The notes under the pieces were generated by a model. That model saw only the letters and a program-made list of their open reading frames with translations, did not search any database and was not told the origin of the DNA. A DNA stretch of 64,000 bases from Pocillopora damicornis (Eukaryota), in contig NW_020847516.1 of the NCBI RefSeq assembly GCF_003704095.1, positions 248,001-312,000 of the forward strand. Direction: 5' to 3'. How positions within the stretch are numbered: the first letter of the stretch is position 1; every line of letters begins with the position of its first letter. A program made the translations under genes and the position numbers. This document shows, in pieces, positions 41,801 to 54,479 of the stretch.

Positions 41801-44754
41801 CATCAGGAAGTAAGGTAGTGCTGACATTTAATGCAAGCTTGACAATTGACCCTGGGTAATAGAAAATGATCCCTTACTTGAGGAAGAATGAAGAACAAAT
41901 TAGAGTCGCTTTGGTGCAAACACCTCTCAACTTGTATTTAGTAGGAACTGACATTTGCTTGTGTTTCCTTGGGTCACTAAATAACTGAACGATATAATTG
42001 ATGTCTGATGTCGGATAATTAAAAATCACGACTGATGACTGACCAACCTTGTAGCTCAGAAACATTTGATTTTCTACAATTTTCTTTAGATAATTTAGCC
42101 TGTGCTGTAGTCAGTATAAACTGACAGATAGAAATACTACGAGGAAACTGTATTTTTGACTATGAATAAAATACCTGTACATGTAAAGGATTATCAGACT
42201 TTTTGTTACAGGAGCTTTCCTCGAAAACCATAGCCAGAATTGCGACAGTATCATAGATTGTACACTGACTACAACACTATTTCCTTAGTGATAGGGTTGT
42301 CCAATAAATACATGAAAGCAAGTCCAAAAAAGTGCAAGCAACTGAACAGACTGATGACAATTGCAAGAATATTCTCCCACTCAGTACCTTAGGGGCTTGT
42401 GACTGACTGTGATTTGTTGGGTAAATTGTATATGATTCTTGGCAAAACAGAGCACTCAGGCCAATAGAGTCACCTTCAACCCTCAATTCAACCCAATGAT
42501 GCACATTGCTACACATTGCTGTCTGAATATTGAAAGGTGACGTTCTACTCTAAGAAAAAGCTTCACAGTAATGGAAAACCCCTGTTAATGAAGAGGTGAG
42601 AAGTGACTGAGATTCAAACAAAGGATAGTTATGTAATTCTTGAATAGTAGTTTTTGTGAAGTACAGCACTCTCATTGAAGATTTTTGAGTGTGTAGCTTG
42701 TTAGTAAAACTAATGATTGCAAAATTCACCAACCAGCTCCTGTTAACAAGATCAGTAAACAAAGCCTCAAGAATGAGGATAAAAGAGAAGAGCTACATGT
42801 TGAACTGTACAAAGGCACAAGTTTAGAGTCAAACATTGTAATTTACTTAAGTGTTAATATACATATCACCACAGGAAATTAAAGGTAGCCATGAATTGTG
42901 TGGCTCTGTTGTTTTATGCACATTTGTTCTGATGCAACACAACTTGTTGCCACATTGATCAAGACTTAATTTATTCATATTATATGCAATGGGCCCTAAA
43001 TTAGTTCTCATAACTGCCTCTGTTAAAGGCAATTAACTTACTCCAAAACAGCTGTGAAAGGTAAAATTATGGCCGCAAGTGAAATCTTGCTGTTGTTGTA
43101 TACAATCTGTTTGACTACAGGGTCCATAACTTAAAATAATCTATAAATAGGTCCATTTGCTTAAAATATAGCAAGAGGGAACTTGATCTATATTTAAACA
43201 GGGGTAATTTGTGATCATCTTTAATGTGTTCCAAGCTGGTTACTTGCATGGTGCTTGAAATCCAAGAAGGTGGACAACTGAAATGATTCTTGGAATTTAT
43301 GTGATTCTATGCACATGGCCAAGTGTGACACTGTCGCCTTTAAGATAAAATTAATTTCTTAAATTTGAGCTTAGAATATTGACAGGACATTAAGTTTCAG
43401 TTGTTGTATGCTGACAAATAGCCTTAAAATTCTGGTTTTGAACAATCAAATTTCATTTAATTACAGACCATAGCTGGGTGTAACTTTAGATCATGGGAGG
43501 AATTTCCATGCATTTTGTCCTCCAGTTATTCAGGATAACTAGACGTGTTTTATGAGTCCTTTATGATTACCTCTATTACATATGCTTGACGACTGACATG
43601 TATGGCACTGCACATGTACATACCACTTTGAATTGTCCAGTTTCATCAGCAACAAGGTGACAATCAAGCAGTTCATTATTACCAGTTCTCAGTGCAACCA
43701 CAAGTTGGATTTGAACAAATGGACCAGGACAAAGATGTGATACTTCAGATGACAGAAAACACAGTGAATCTTCAGGCAAGGAACCACCAATATGCGCAAA
43801 ATGATGACGACATGCTTTCAAAATTTCGAGATTGTAAACTAAACAGCTGGAATCAAGAGGCCAAGATCCTGAAAATGGGAGAGCAACAACAGTGCAATAA
43901 AAACATTCAATAGTGGAAGACTATTCTATGCACTTATCATTCTACCTCTAAGCAAACAATTTGGTATATTTTCAACCTTATTCATAGTTGTACCTGTACA
44001 TAATCTCATACCAAGCCTTAAAATGCATTTTAAGGCTTTGGAAACTTTCAAACTTGGATCATTTTGTTGTATCTTGGTACAGATGAACTCTGCTAACTTG
44101 AACTTGGTAAACTTGAACCCCCAAGTTCATCCATCTTTTTGGTCAATTTCTATCAGTTAACTCAACAAACACACAAATTGTCACCTTCAGTAAAACAAAC
44201 ATTTTTCTAAATGTTCCATGAACTTTCAGTGAGCGTAAGTCATGACTAGATATTACACTTCTCCAGACAACTTGGCTATAAATTAGGCACATATCAGGTG
44301 GTGTGCGCACTCTGATTGCATTNNNNNNNNNNNNNNNNNNNNNNNNNNNNNNNNNNNNNNNNNNNNNNNNNNNNNNNNNNNNNNNNNNNNNNNNNNNNNN
44401 NNNNNNNNNNNNNNNNNNNNNNTTGAAAATGAAGCTACCACAATGCAATGTAATGGGAGTGCGCACACAGCCTGGGCGCGTATTAAACGAGGTTGGTTTT
44501 ACATGAACGTAATCCCTCCAGTTGGAATGTTGTTACTATAATTATCGGTTTTTGACGTCCAATCCTGCACCAAACAGCGACACTATATGATATTTATAAT
44601 TTTAAAAAAGTTTCAACGCAAAAATCATCGCAAAATTCGAACAGAAGAAAGCGAAAACAAGGCTCCACAGGCGATTTTTGCAAGTAACCAACTACATCAT
44701 CCCATCGAAATCCGAAATCTGTCACGTACCTTTGCAACTTTCTGGCATTTGCAT
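35870..44754 (-). CDS. Uncharacterised TPR-like protein, paralogue B (last exon probably in the gap 35567-35666)
   Basis: Exons 44754-44730 (25 nt, MQMPESCK), ~43868-43624, ~39358-39052, 38510-38448 (63 nt), 37356-37247 (110 nt), 36908-36711 (198 nt), ~36285-35871. Collinear and phase-identical with paralogue C. Confidence 0.85.
36459..36670. repeat. MITE starting TTAACC (piggyBac-like end)
   Basis: Begins ttaaccttttaacccc; family related to the copies at ~1225 and ~60830. Confidence 0.55.
40400..40730 (+). mobile_element. CR1/L2-like LINE 3' fragment
   Basis: ...HHFLPPKDHITYNLRNQRQFVNPIMRTKHFSQTYLP matches the ORF2 C-terminal pattern; similar in character to the LINE tail near 53100. Confidence 0.65.
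40820..40960 (-). mobile_element. tRNA-derived SINE fragment
   Basis: Reverse complement contains gaggtcatgggttcaaat...tttttcaggcc, as in the copy at 54123-54442. Confidence 0.6.
41211..41732. mobile_element. Tc1/mariner-pogo-type MITE
   Basis: Terminal inverted repeats (ta)ccgtatttacccat ... atgggtaaatacc. Confidence 0.55.
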
Positions 44755-47700
44755 CTTTCAGTTTCGCAGGTGTTCGTCAGGAAAGGTCTTCATTTCTTTC
44801 GTACGAGGAGCTGTTCTGACGTGAGTTAGAGTAAAACGATGCTTTAGTTCGCGTTTTCCTTGGGCTGGAAAACTTTTCCCGTGATGCACCCTAGTCTTCT
44901 ATAATGACACAAGGGAAAGTCCCTCCAAATTTCGATAGGTCAACGAGTTACTCCAAAATGACTTCTCGCCTTATCCTTTGTCTAGCCAATTTCATCTTGC
45001 TAATGATATCCAAAAGCTTATAAAGCCATTGACGCTATTATTCCCAAGGCAAGTTTGAAGTATTGGTAACATTTTCACTGGATGAATAGTGCACTGTTTG
45101 TAAAATTCCGATTCCTACGTTTTATCGTAATGAATTAACAAGGAAGCAACTTGTCCCTCCTTGTCGTCCGCCATTTTGGAATACATTTACCCCGATGTCC
45201 TGGGTCAGAGTTTGAACGATAAAACAATAAGCCACCAATGGGAAAGTCTGCTGTGCAGACGTCTCATTAGTGCAAGCTAACGCTATAACCGGCTGGACGG
45301 TATGGGTAGGGGGCGGGGAAAGGTGTAATTTATTTCCTTATCTTTGAACTACGACCGCCCCAATTCCTTTCTCTTCTAGGCCTTCTACTATAATTACTCG
45401 GGCTTTCCGAAGGAAACGCTCAAGAAGTATATTCGGNNNNNNNNNNNNNNNNNNNNNNNNNNNNNNNNNNNNNNNNNNNNNNNNNNNNNNNNNNNNNNNN
45501 NNNNNNNNNNNNNNNNNNNNNNNNNNNNNNNNNNNNNNNNNNNNNNNNNNNNNNNNNNNNNNNNNNNNNNNNNNNNNNNNNNNNNNNNNCAGCGCATGCG
45601 TGAAAAGTAAGCGCCTGCGTAGAATGAACCCTGGAGGGTAGAGCGCATGGTTTAGAGCAATGGCTGCCTTCGTGGGCAATTCCCTGCCTGATGTACGCGA
45701 AAGAAATTTGACGGCTATTACGCTCAATATACGTACAAAGTCACAGACCGTTCGGGGTAGATCAACACTAAAAACTTGTGGAGCGTTTTGGGAACGGGTC
45801 GGTCCGCGAACTTTACGAGAGATCAATTTACGAGCGATCCTTTACGAGTGAACCTTATATAGAGAAATATCAAGCAAAACCTGCCATATCAAACGAGCTA
45901 TCTCATATTATGTTTACATGNNNNNNNNNNNNNNNNNNNNNNNNNNNNNNNNNNNNNNNNNNNNNNNNNNNNNNNNNNNNNNNNNNNNNNNNNNNNNNNN
46001 NNNNNNNNNNNNNNNNNNNNGCAATGCTTTTTCTTTAGCAGTTTTCAAGTTGAAAATTACAGTACTTTCATGGAAAAGCTGAGAAACAATGTTAAATAAT
46101 TTTAAAGTTGTTTATGCAAACCTTTCCAAAAGTGGTCCTTCAATTTTCTAAAAAAAAAAAAAAAGTCCTTTAATTTCAACCTTTGGCATCTGTGGGAACC
46201 TACTCCTATATGGTAATATATTATTTTGATTGTTGTCTAGTACCATAAGAACATTCATTACACTCCAGCAGACAAAAATAAACACAAGTAGACTTATTCA
46301 TGACTGGCAATGGCAAAATTGCGTGATGACAGGAACAATGGCAATATGGCAGTCCCCTTAAGATAACTCCAGATGTGCAATATTGAAAGCCTGAGTTCAC
46401 GCAGCTATGCATCTATTTAAAATAAAAGATGGTGGCCACAGTTTTCAAGAGGAAAATTCTGAGAATTTGCCAGCCAAAATTACACCTATCCTTCATGCCA
46501 CCAATCGAAAGGATATCTGAGCTTTACATTCTGTGCTCACTACAGTCGTCTTGATCTGTCCATCCCAAGTGTCAGTCACATAGTTCCTACATATTGTTAT
46601 ATCATTCCATGATGAAGTCACGTCATTCCTCCAAAGATTTCATTCTTCACACAAGATAAAAGTTCTTTCACTCATGTTGAAGTTATGTATGAAGCGGTTG
46701 CCTGTAATACTAACAAGGTAACCTCACCTTTTCCTAGAACATCAGTGGAGGAAATGAAAGCATAGGTAGCCAGCTTTTCCAGTGTCTCATCATCCAGGAA
46801 CAAGGAGATCTCGTTCTTGAATTGTATAGTTAAATTGATCAATACTGTTACTGTTACTATGTCAATCATTATTGGTTGAGGCAGGTGAGAAGCACTTAAA
46901 AAATTTTATGTGCTGCTGGGATTCAAACCCCTGCCTCCTCCCTGCCACCCAGGTATTAGTTGAAGATAGAGCTATCATCACTGTCTTGTCAGCTAGCAAG
47001 AGTGCAGACTACAGTACTCTAACTTTGGCTGCCATATAGAAAATATGGCATAATTGTTTTACACCAATGGTATTTTTACCCTGACTCATGACAAAGTACT
47101 TATTATTTCAATTTCATAAGTTAAAAGAAAGGTTTTAAAGTTGAGGAGGATCAACATTACAGAAACTCATTCTAGGGATTTATGTACCTTATGCATTTTC
47201 TTGTATGTAAGTGTTCCTATCTACAAGAATGGGTCAAGCAGACATAAATAATTTTGTTTTATCAACTGGGTTGATAATGTAAATTGGCCTAGGAGATTCC
47301 AAGCTGAAATTTCGATTCTTAGCTGTTCATGAGGGTTAATTAGCTTAATGTGGGTTGTGTGTGTGTCTATGCGCAGAAAATCAAGGTGTCTATAAAGTGG
47401 TCAGTAATCTTAATGGTTTGCTTTAGGTCCTGATATTTTTACCTACAGCAATGCCATCTACTGTGTAACTTTTACTTATTGTAAAAAGATATACCTTGGT
47501 GAAACAGGAAGATGACTTAGTGACTGATTCCACAAGCGCCCTCATAATGTAGAAAGGAATGACAAGGATGTATCCAAACCAATCGCTAGAAAAATTTTAA
47601 TCTCCCCAACCCATTGAGCTCACAGAATTGGCACTATATAAAATCTTGTATTATTATTACCATTATTATTATTAATATTATTATTAACCATTCTGAGCAG

Positions 47701-48484
47701 TATATGGTAGTCTACCTTTTACCTACATCTAGGCAGTTTAGAAAGCTGCAAAACTCTAGAGCAAGAATTTATTTCTCAAACCAACTCAGTTGATATAACA
47801 ACATTGGCTAGTTATACTCCCCTACTGACACAGCACCATGGTTTCTTTAGAAACTTATCCCATTTATTTTAATATACTGTAAGTAGATATAGGTTGAATT
47901 ATAAAAGGACAAAAGTATCTACCAGCTTTACCATTTGCACAGACATATTTATGTTTTGGTGAAACTTGTTTTGTTTGTAGTTCAATTTTCAAACATATTG
48001 CCATGCTCAAAAACAAGGAAGATAAAGTTTGAATTAAGAATAATATAGGCTGGTGAAGATTCTGTAACTGAATGTACACCTAGTCTTGTTTCCATGTAAA
48101 AAGCCATACGAATATACTTTGAAGTACTTCTAACAATCTAACAGTTTTCAGTGTTCTCTAATTCTCCAATCTCTATGTAGACTATGTTCATAAATTTTGA
48201 AAGGGTGAAACCCTTCTTATTGTAGATGAAACATGCAAGTTCATCTTGTTGGCAAACAAATAAGATAAGTTTACCTATTATTTTGATGAACATGCTGCCA
48301 ATAAATTCAGCTGTAGCCACTTTCAAAGCAAAGTGAAATTAAATATGTGGTAAAATTGCAGTAAACAATTTAAAAAAAGTGACAAATTCAAATGTTTGAA
48401 TACAGATACTTGAAAAGTTCCTAACATAACTCCTCACTCCAAGTAGCAAGCACTGTATACATGTACAAGTTGCACATCTGTTAG

Positions 48485-51400
48485 TCAACCTTGCACTTGC
48501 CACTCCTTCAGATCATTTTCAAAATTTTGGTTGGCACACAAAAATGAAGAGTTTTTCTTTGGTAACACATGAATAACATGTCGCCTAGAGATTGACTTTT
48601 GAACACCTGGATGTGATATGTTGTCTCTTTGATACCCAGGACACCTCTCTGAGGGGCAGGCTGGGCCACAGTGAAACTTGACATGTGGAAAGTGCCCCCA
48701 ACAGAGCCATTTGACCATGCCAAACACTTGACTTAACACATTTGAAGGATGCTCATTAGCTGCTTCATATCTGTTGATATAAATGGTTCAATTAGAAGTT
48801 TTTCCATAAAAACTAAAGTCATTCTGTTTTTATCTCGCAACAATTGTAATACCAAAACAAAAAACCTCTCATAGAATGTACTTTGCAATAATTGAGTGAA
48901 TTGATTTATGTTACCCATTGAAAACATAGCTTATCTCATGTGAGTCGTTTATTCTAGAGTGTAGTTGCATTTTTATCATCAGATGTTGATAACTAAATTT
49001 TGTTTCTTTTTGTTTTTGTTCATGTACTTACTTTCAACAAAGGAGATTTAAGACTGAATCTGACCCAAATAAAAAAAAAATTGTTGTTTTGAAAATATGC
49101 ATTGTCACTGCAGCATAATTTGGCTTTACACAAATCACCTGGCTTGGGAAATCCCAACCACAGTTCCAGGTTTGCCATATGTCTTGGGAGGAAAAAGTTG
49201 ATTATGAAAGGATTATCACCATATCATATATCATACACTGGAGACAGTTGAGCTTTAATTCCTATTCATGACTGATATCCTTTAATTGCACAAACCTGTG
49301 GCTAAATGTCACTTCAATTATATTCTCTTCCTTAAGATGCAGCAGCCTATAGGGCTGAGTAGATGTTAGCCAAAACCTGCCAACATGTCTGCTTATGAGA
49401 GGCTGGCCCTTAGGGAAGTTTGCTTGACTAAGTTGGTGAGCACGTGATAGGAGACGATGGAAAAGAGGTTCTGGCAGGAACCTTTCAAAGAACACATAGA
49501 GCCGCTTGTCTGTGGGATGATCATTCCAAACTGATGCATTCCCATTCACTGAAACTGGAAGCAGTGCAGGAACAAAATGTGTTACTATTGCCTCTGTCAT
49601 GTCATTGTTAACCTTGTAAAATAAGGGACAAATAATGCCATATTCCTCAAGAAAGCTAGTCATAGCTTCTTCATTCTCTTGTATTGTAGTAAGAATGTGC
49701 CTCAAAAGGGAATTTGTAAGCATTCCCTTGTTGTGTAGTAATGTCCACTCTTTCCTGAATCCATGTTGTGAAAATAATTCATCATCTGTTTTTGGAGTGA
49801 TCAGTTGAATTGTGATGTCAACTAGAAGTGATGGCTTCAAAAGAACCCACTCAGAGATGACTGATTTCTCACCTTTGTCTATGTAAATTACAAGGCCTTT
49901 TTCATGAAAATACTTCAAAGTTTCCTTAGACCAGTTGCTGCAAATAAAGTCTCTAAATGAAGTTGGAAAATGTTTCAGGGATACACAGAACTTTGCGCTA
50001 CCATTCTCCCACAAATTAATAATTGCATCTTGAATTTTAATCCATGAAAATGGAATTGTTTGTCCCAAAGTTGTCTTGTTTTCCTCAGCTATGAGGGTCA
50101 TTGTCCTTTTAAGATTTTTAATTCCTCTATCATGAATTCCATTCTTGGATTCCACAGGAAAATACATCAACTTATCTTCTTCGTTCATTGTCAGATCATT
50201 AGAAAAGGTTTGCCAAAGGCTCTGTTGCAGATGTTTATTCAAATAACCAAGGCTGACTCTACTCATGTTTCCTCTGTGTGTACCAACAAGAAAGATTGGT
50301 GCCTTTGGCCCTACTTTGCTGTAGATGGATTCCAACCAGAAACAAATTCTTTGGATTTTCGCTTCTACATATTGGAAATTGCTGGCAGCAAAATGTGCAA
50401 GGTTGAATACAATAACATATATTGCTTGATTTCTGTAGAAGAGATGATGGTATGCTAAGTTTTCTTTTTCACCTCCAAAGTCTAGAATGCCCAATGTGAG
50501 ACTTGAGAATTTGACATTGAGAGCCTTTCTTAACTCTTGGTAATCTAGCGCTACCTTTTGTACAAAGATAAGCTTGTAAGTACATGCAAAAAGGTTTGAT
50601 ACATACTTTTCATTGAAGATTATTGCACAACAGGCACATCCTGCAAACAGTGCTACATAAGACAGCGTAGAATAAGATGATCTTGATCTGTAGAGCGCAC
50701 ACTCAATTACAAAAATAAATATAATTGGGCTTACAATTCCCTCCATGAAATGTCTTCCCTTGCACATTGAACGTATGAACCAAAGAAGTGATAAACCAAA
50801 CCCCAGCATAAAGGTATAATGAAGAATTTCACAGTAACTGACAATTGACATGTTGATCATCAATTCAGCACAGAAACCTAACCCAAAGCCGTTCATGAAA
50901 GATCCTATATCATAAAATAAACCCCCAGACCAAAAGAAAACCCGTCTGTGATTGTAGATTTTTACTTGCCCCGGAAGGGAAATTTTAATATCACCTCGAT
51001 ACCTATTAAGTAAACGCGAAAGGACCCATTTCTCCCTTAGGGGTCCAAGGAAGGAGGCAATAAATTTTCCAGTGAGAGGACTAAGGTAGAAAAGGCGTAT
51101 AATATATACTATAAATTTGTCACGAATCAAATATAAATGTTTACGTCCAATACACGGTAACTCTACACAGCAACAGTGGATCCCTTTGAAAAAACCGTTC
51201 ACTAAATGAGCAACCATGAGGCCCAAAGTGAAGTGAAGAGGACATGGAAACGTAAAGTGAACTAAGAAAAATGTAATATGTAACACTATCAAATGAGTTA
51301 TTAGATACGGAAACTTCCATAATAGCACCAAAGAGAATAAATACAGTGACCAAATCATACACAAAGACAGTGTTGATGTTCCATCTTCAAAAGCTAAGTA

Positions 51401-51808
51401 TTCTCCCGATGAAATAAAGGCTCTTAAGGAACGAACGGACTTTCCAAATCGAGCAAAACTTCCGAACGCAAGGTTCGCATTTTGCCACTCCTGGTCTACC
51501 GAGTTTGTGCGGACTCCCAATGTGCTTGGCTCTTCACTGTCGAACGGCTTTTTAATAAGAGCGTTCACAAGGCTCGTTTTTCCAACCCTGGAGTCACCCA
51601 GTATCAAACACTGGCCATTAAAAACAAACTGACTGTACTCCTCTTCATTTTGATGTTCACTTGGAAAATCAAGGTCTCTCAATAGCCTGTCGCATTTCTG
51701 CTTTTCTTCCGGTGAACCTTGATCAAGCTGCAAGCAAGCCATCAATTCAGCAGCAGTTCTTGAAGTGTGGTCGTCAGTTATATTTAAGTGGGTAATGGTC
51801 ACAGCCAT
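48485..51808 (-). CDS. Roco-family ROC-COR GTPase with a multi-pass transmembrane insert inside the ROC domain, ~932 aa, 2 exons
   Basis: Exon 51808-49296 plus phase-compatible exon 48770-48485. G1 GDSRVGKT (aa 71-78), G2 STLG, hydrophobic aa ~146-399, G3 DFGG (aa 443-446) followed by YHHLF..AIYVIVFNL, FWL, G4 LVGTH, then COR-like IPFSW, LKYFHEKGLVIY, VLLKP, FVPALLP. Confidence 0.9.
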
Positions 51809-52849
51809 CTTGAAATAGCAGTCTGTTCATGCGACAAAATCACATCCGTGTTCACGTGCCTCAGCCCAAAGTAAGTAGAAATCTCGAAGGATCAGGAAAA
51901 AAGTCAACGAGTCTAATTTTTATTTTGAGATCATTTTGAAGAAACGCCAAAGAAGTTTGAGTATACAACTTTTCGACTATTCCATGTCTTGTCTCTCCGG
52001 TTTTCTCCAAGCAATAACAAATTACAGACCACAACGGCATCCTCGCTTACAAGCTGAGGCACTGGGCCCGAATGCTTGGGAGCTGTCTTGGGGCGGAGTG
52101 GATGCTGGCAGGAGCCTGGTGATTACATGGTATGGTAATAATCTGGATGCCTCGGCTACATGAGATAGGATCGATAATTTCCTAAGTGTGGTTTTAAGCC
52201 TATGAACTGTAAGGTTCTGAAATGATTTATTCGGCTTTCAAGATCACCTGTCAATCATCACTCAAAGATCATGTGTCAATCATCACACATCCCCTTTTCT
52301 ACAAACAAAATAGTGCTCTAATTCTATGTGGAACGTTATAAGAAAGTGTTCTTAGACCTTATAGAATGTTATCGTCCGATTAACGAAAATAAAAGAAGCA
52401 AAACGTTTATGTCTATTCATGTTCAGACGTTCAAAAGTCCAATCGAGTTGGCGGCTTGATAATTCTTCCTAAACGTGTTTTGATGACTGTGGACGGAGGC
52501 TTGCTAAGTTTGATGTTTGTGCGTTCTTGTGAGCGAGATTAATTCCTTCTAGTTGAGAGTTCAAAGTTCCTCCCACATTTCTTTTTGGACTTGGTACGAG
52601 GTGATATGCGAACTTTGCGGACTTTGTCGCCCATATTTACCTCAGGGAGAAGTGATGCTTGATGACGTTTGTTGTAGTTCTCAACTTGTTTAAGTTTGCA
52701 CTTGCGTTCTGTTTCTTGCAACAGTTTCAAGTTTGGCAGTTTGGGAATCAGCTTGTCTGGTGACATTGGGAGGTAGAGCGTGTTTTCCTTTCCATGAGTA
52801 GCTATGCAGTGGGTGTGTCCGTTCTCCAGTGGTGTCGATTTGGGATAAG

Positions 52850-53842
52850 TAGTAGGGTAAGTAGTTTATTTATAGTCGCTTTGAAACTTAAACAATTGAA
52901 TTACACGATTATTACAAAGAATAAAATCAATAACAACATTAAATAGAACTATCAGTGGTTTAAAGCAACTTTGTATAAACATTTGTCTGTATATCTGTTA
53001 CGTTTGTAAATAAAATATGTCGATTAATATAAAATTTCAATAAAATATTTTAGTCTTTAAGGACATCTAAACTGTTACGAAATGTTTTTGTCTTGAACAC
53101 TGGCCTAAACTTCCGTTTGCTTCTAAGGTTCAAAGTATCTGTTGCGAGCAGAAAGAAGGTTATGGAGTTTGTTCTGTTCGCTCGGAATAATCTTATAGAA
53201 TACTTTATCAAATAGTTCCTGACGGCGGTATGAAAGTTTCGTTAGGCCTGATTCAGCCAATGCCTCATTATATTAGCAAAAGGAAGAAATGATGCGCATT
53301 GCTTGCTTTCAAGCTCGATGTAAAGGTACGTGGGTAGACCGTCAAGGAAGACAGGACATGGATACTCCGTGATCGGACTAATAGAGGTAGACCAAAGCGT
53401 ATAAGTTGAGACAAGCTATAAAGGTGCTTCTTGGCTTTTTTGTTAATGGAGTCAATGTGACAGTTCCATTTCAAATCATAAGAAATGTTCAGGCCTAGTG
53501 TTTTGGCACTGGCATCTACCAATAGGTATACCATCGACCACAACTGGATCGAGCAAAGTGATATTGTAAGTGTTTAAGTTTATGCGTAGTTCCTTACATT
53601 TCGTCTCGTTAAGTTGAACTCATAATTATCCACAGACGCACGGTTTGCTAGGATGTCAACAGCGGCCTGGGTATGACTGTTTTGATTCTTGCTTACCGTC
53701 TCCGAAATAGTGGTATCGTCATACTTCCAGAGGTCGGTGACATGAACATCTAGCTCGCCGATCATAGTAATAAATAGCCACGGCCCCAGTTGCACCTCGA
53801 GGGACCCCCGCCGGGACTGCGCCCCATTCCGGAAATCTGACT
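52850..53842 (-). mobile_element. CR1/L2 LINE fragment nested in the LTR element integrase
   Basis: Frameshifted RT remnants: AGVP.G..LGPWLF, KY(V)DDTTISE, LGLNISYDLKWNCHI. Confidence 0.85.
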
Positions 53843-54122
53843 GACAGGAGAGCTAAATATGGATCTTCTGAATTCTTACTGGCTAAGTTTTTGGTAGTCT
53901 GAACCGCTCTCTCCACCTCTCCGTTACTCTGCGAGTAGATAGTTCCGCAAATTTTGAAAATGTAGCTGCTGCAAATTGTGGCCCATTGTCCGATATGACA
54001 ACTTCTGGAATGCCGTGACGACAAAAGAATGACTTAGGTGTAAAAAAGTATTTTCTGTGATGGTGCTATTGAGGGGTGCTACTTCAAAGAATTTGGTATT
54101 ATCAACAGAGTTGATAATGTAA

Positions 54123-54442
54123 TAATGGCTGTAAATATATGAAAATCAAATATGTGCACTGCGGTTGAAGAAACGAATATAGAACCGATCCTCGCAGCCA
54201 CTGCTGAACTAGTAGTTGAAGTATTACTGATTTAGCTATTATTTACCACTTCGAAGGTTTATTTGGATCCAACATAGTAACTAGTTCCCAATTGGCTTCT
54301 TAGCTCAGTTGATGGAGCGTTGCACTGGGTTCGCATAGGTCATGGGTTCAAATCCCGTACGGGCTTACATTTTTTTCAGGCCTTATTTCAACTACTTAAG
54401 TTCAGTGGTGTTCATAACTGCGAGGATCGATTCTATATTCGT
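54123..54442 (+). mobile_element. tRNA-derived SINE-like element with inverted arms
   Basis: Box A tagctcagttga and box B ggttcaaatccc (54294-54365); inverted arms 54171-54197 / 54418-54444; 12-bp flanking duplication TTGATAATGTAA (54111-54122, 54443-54454). Confidence 0.75.
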
Positions 54443-54479
54443 TTGATAATGTAAATTGGCCATCGTAAAGAGTTTCAAA

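Larger units (their letters stand above)
25139..46020. other. Region containing seven assembly gaps
   Basis: N runs at 25139-25238, 28444-28543, 33577-33676, 35567-35666, 44323-44422, 45437-45589, 45921-46020. Confidence 0.99.

Noticed and set aside
42277-42762. Possible additional exons of paralogue B
   Set aside because: The flanking exons already join in phase, matching paralogue C, and this segment has stops and no counterpart in C.
44143-45826. ORFs containing X runs
   Set aside because: Artefacts of reading through N gaps; the gap at 44323 is flanked by an inverted gtgtgcgcactc pair, suggesting a collapsed repeat.
50060-50458. 132-aa plus-strand ORF and similar antisense ORFs (6065-6394, 60364-60588, 63616-63858)
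   Set aside because: Shadows of real coding exons on the opposite strand.
54294-54365. tRNA gene
   Set aside because: Box A and B are present but the stems are imperfect, and it lies inside a repeat with a flanking duplication and other degenerate copies: a SINE head.
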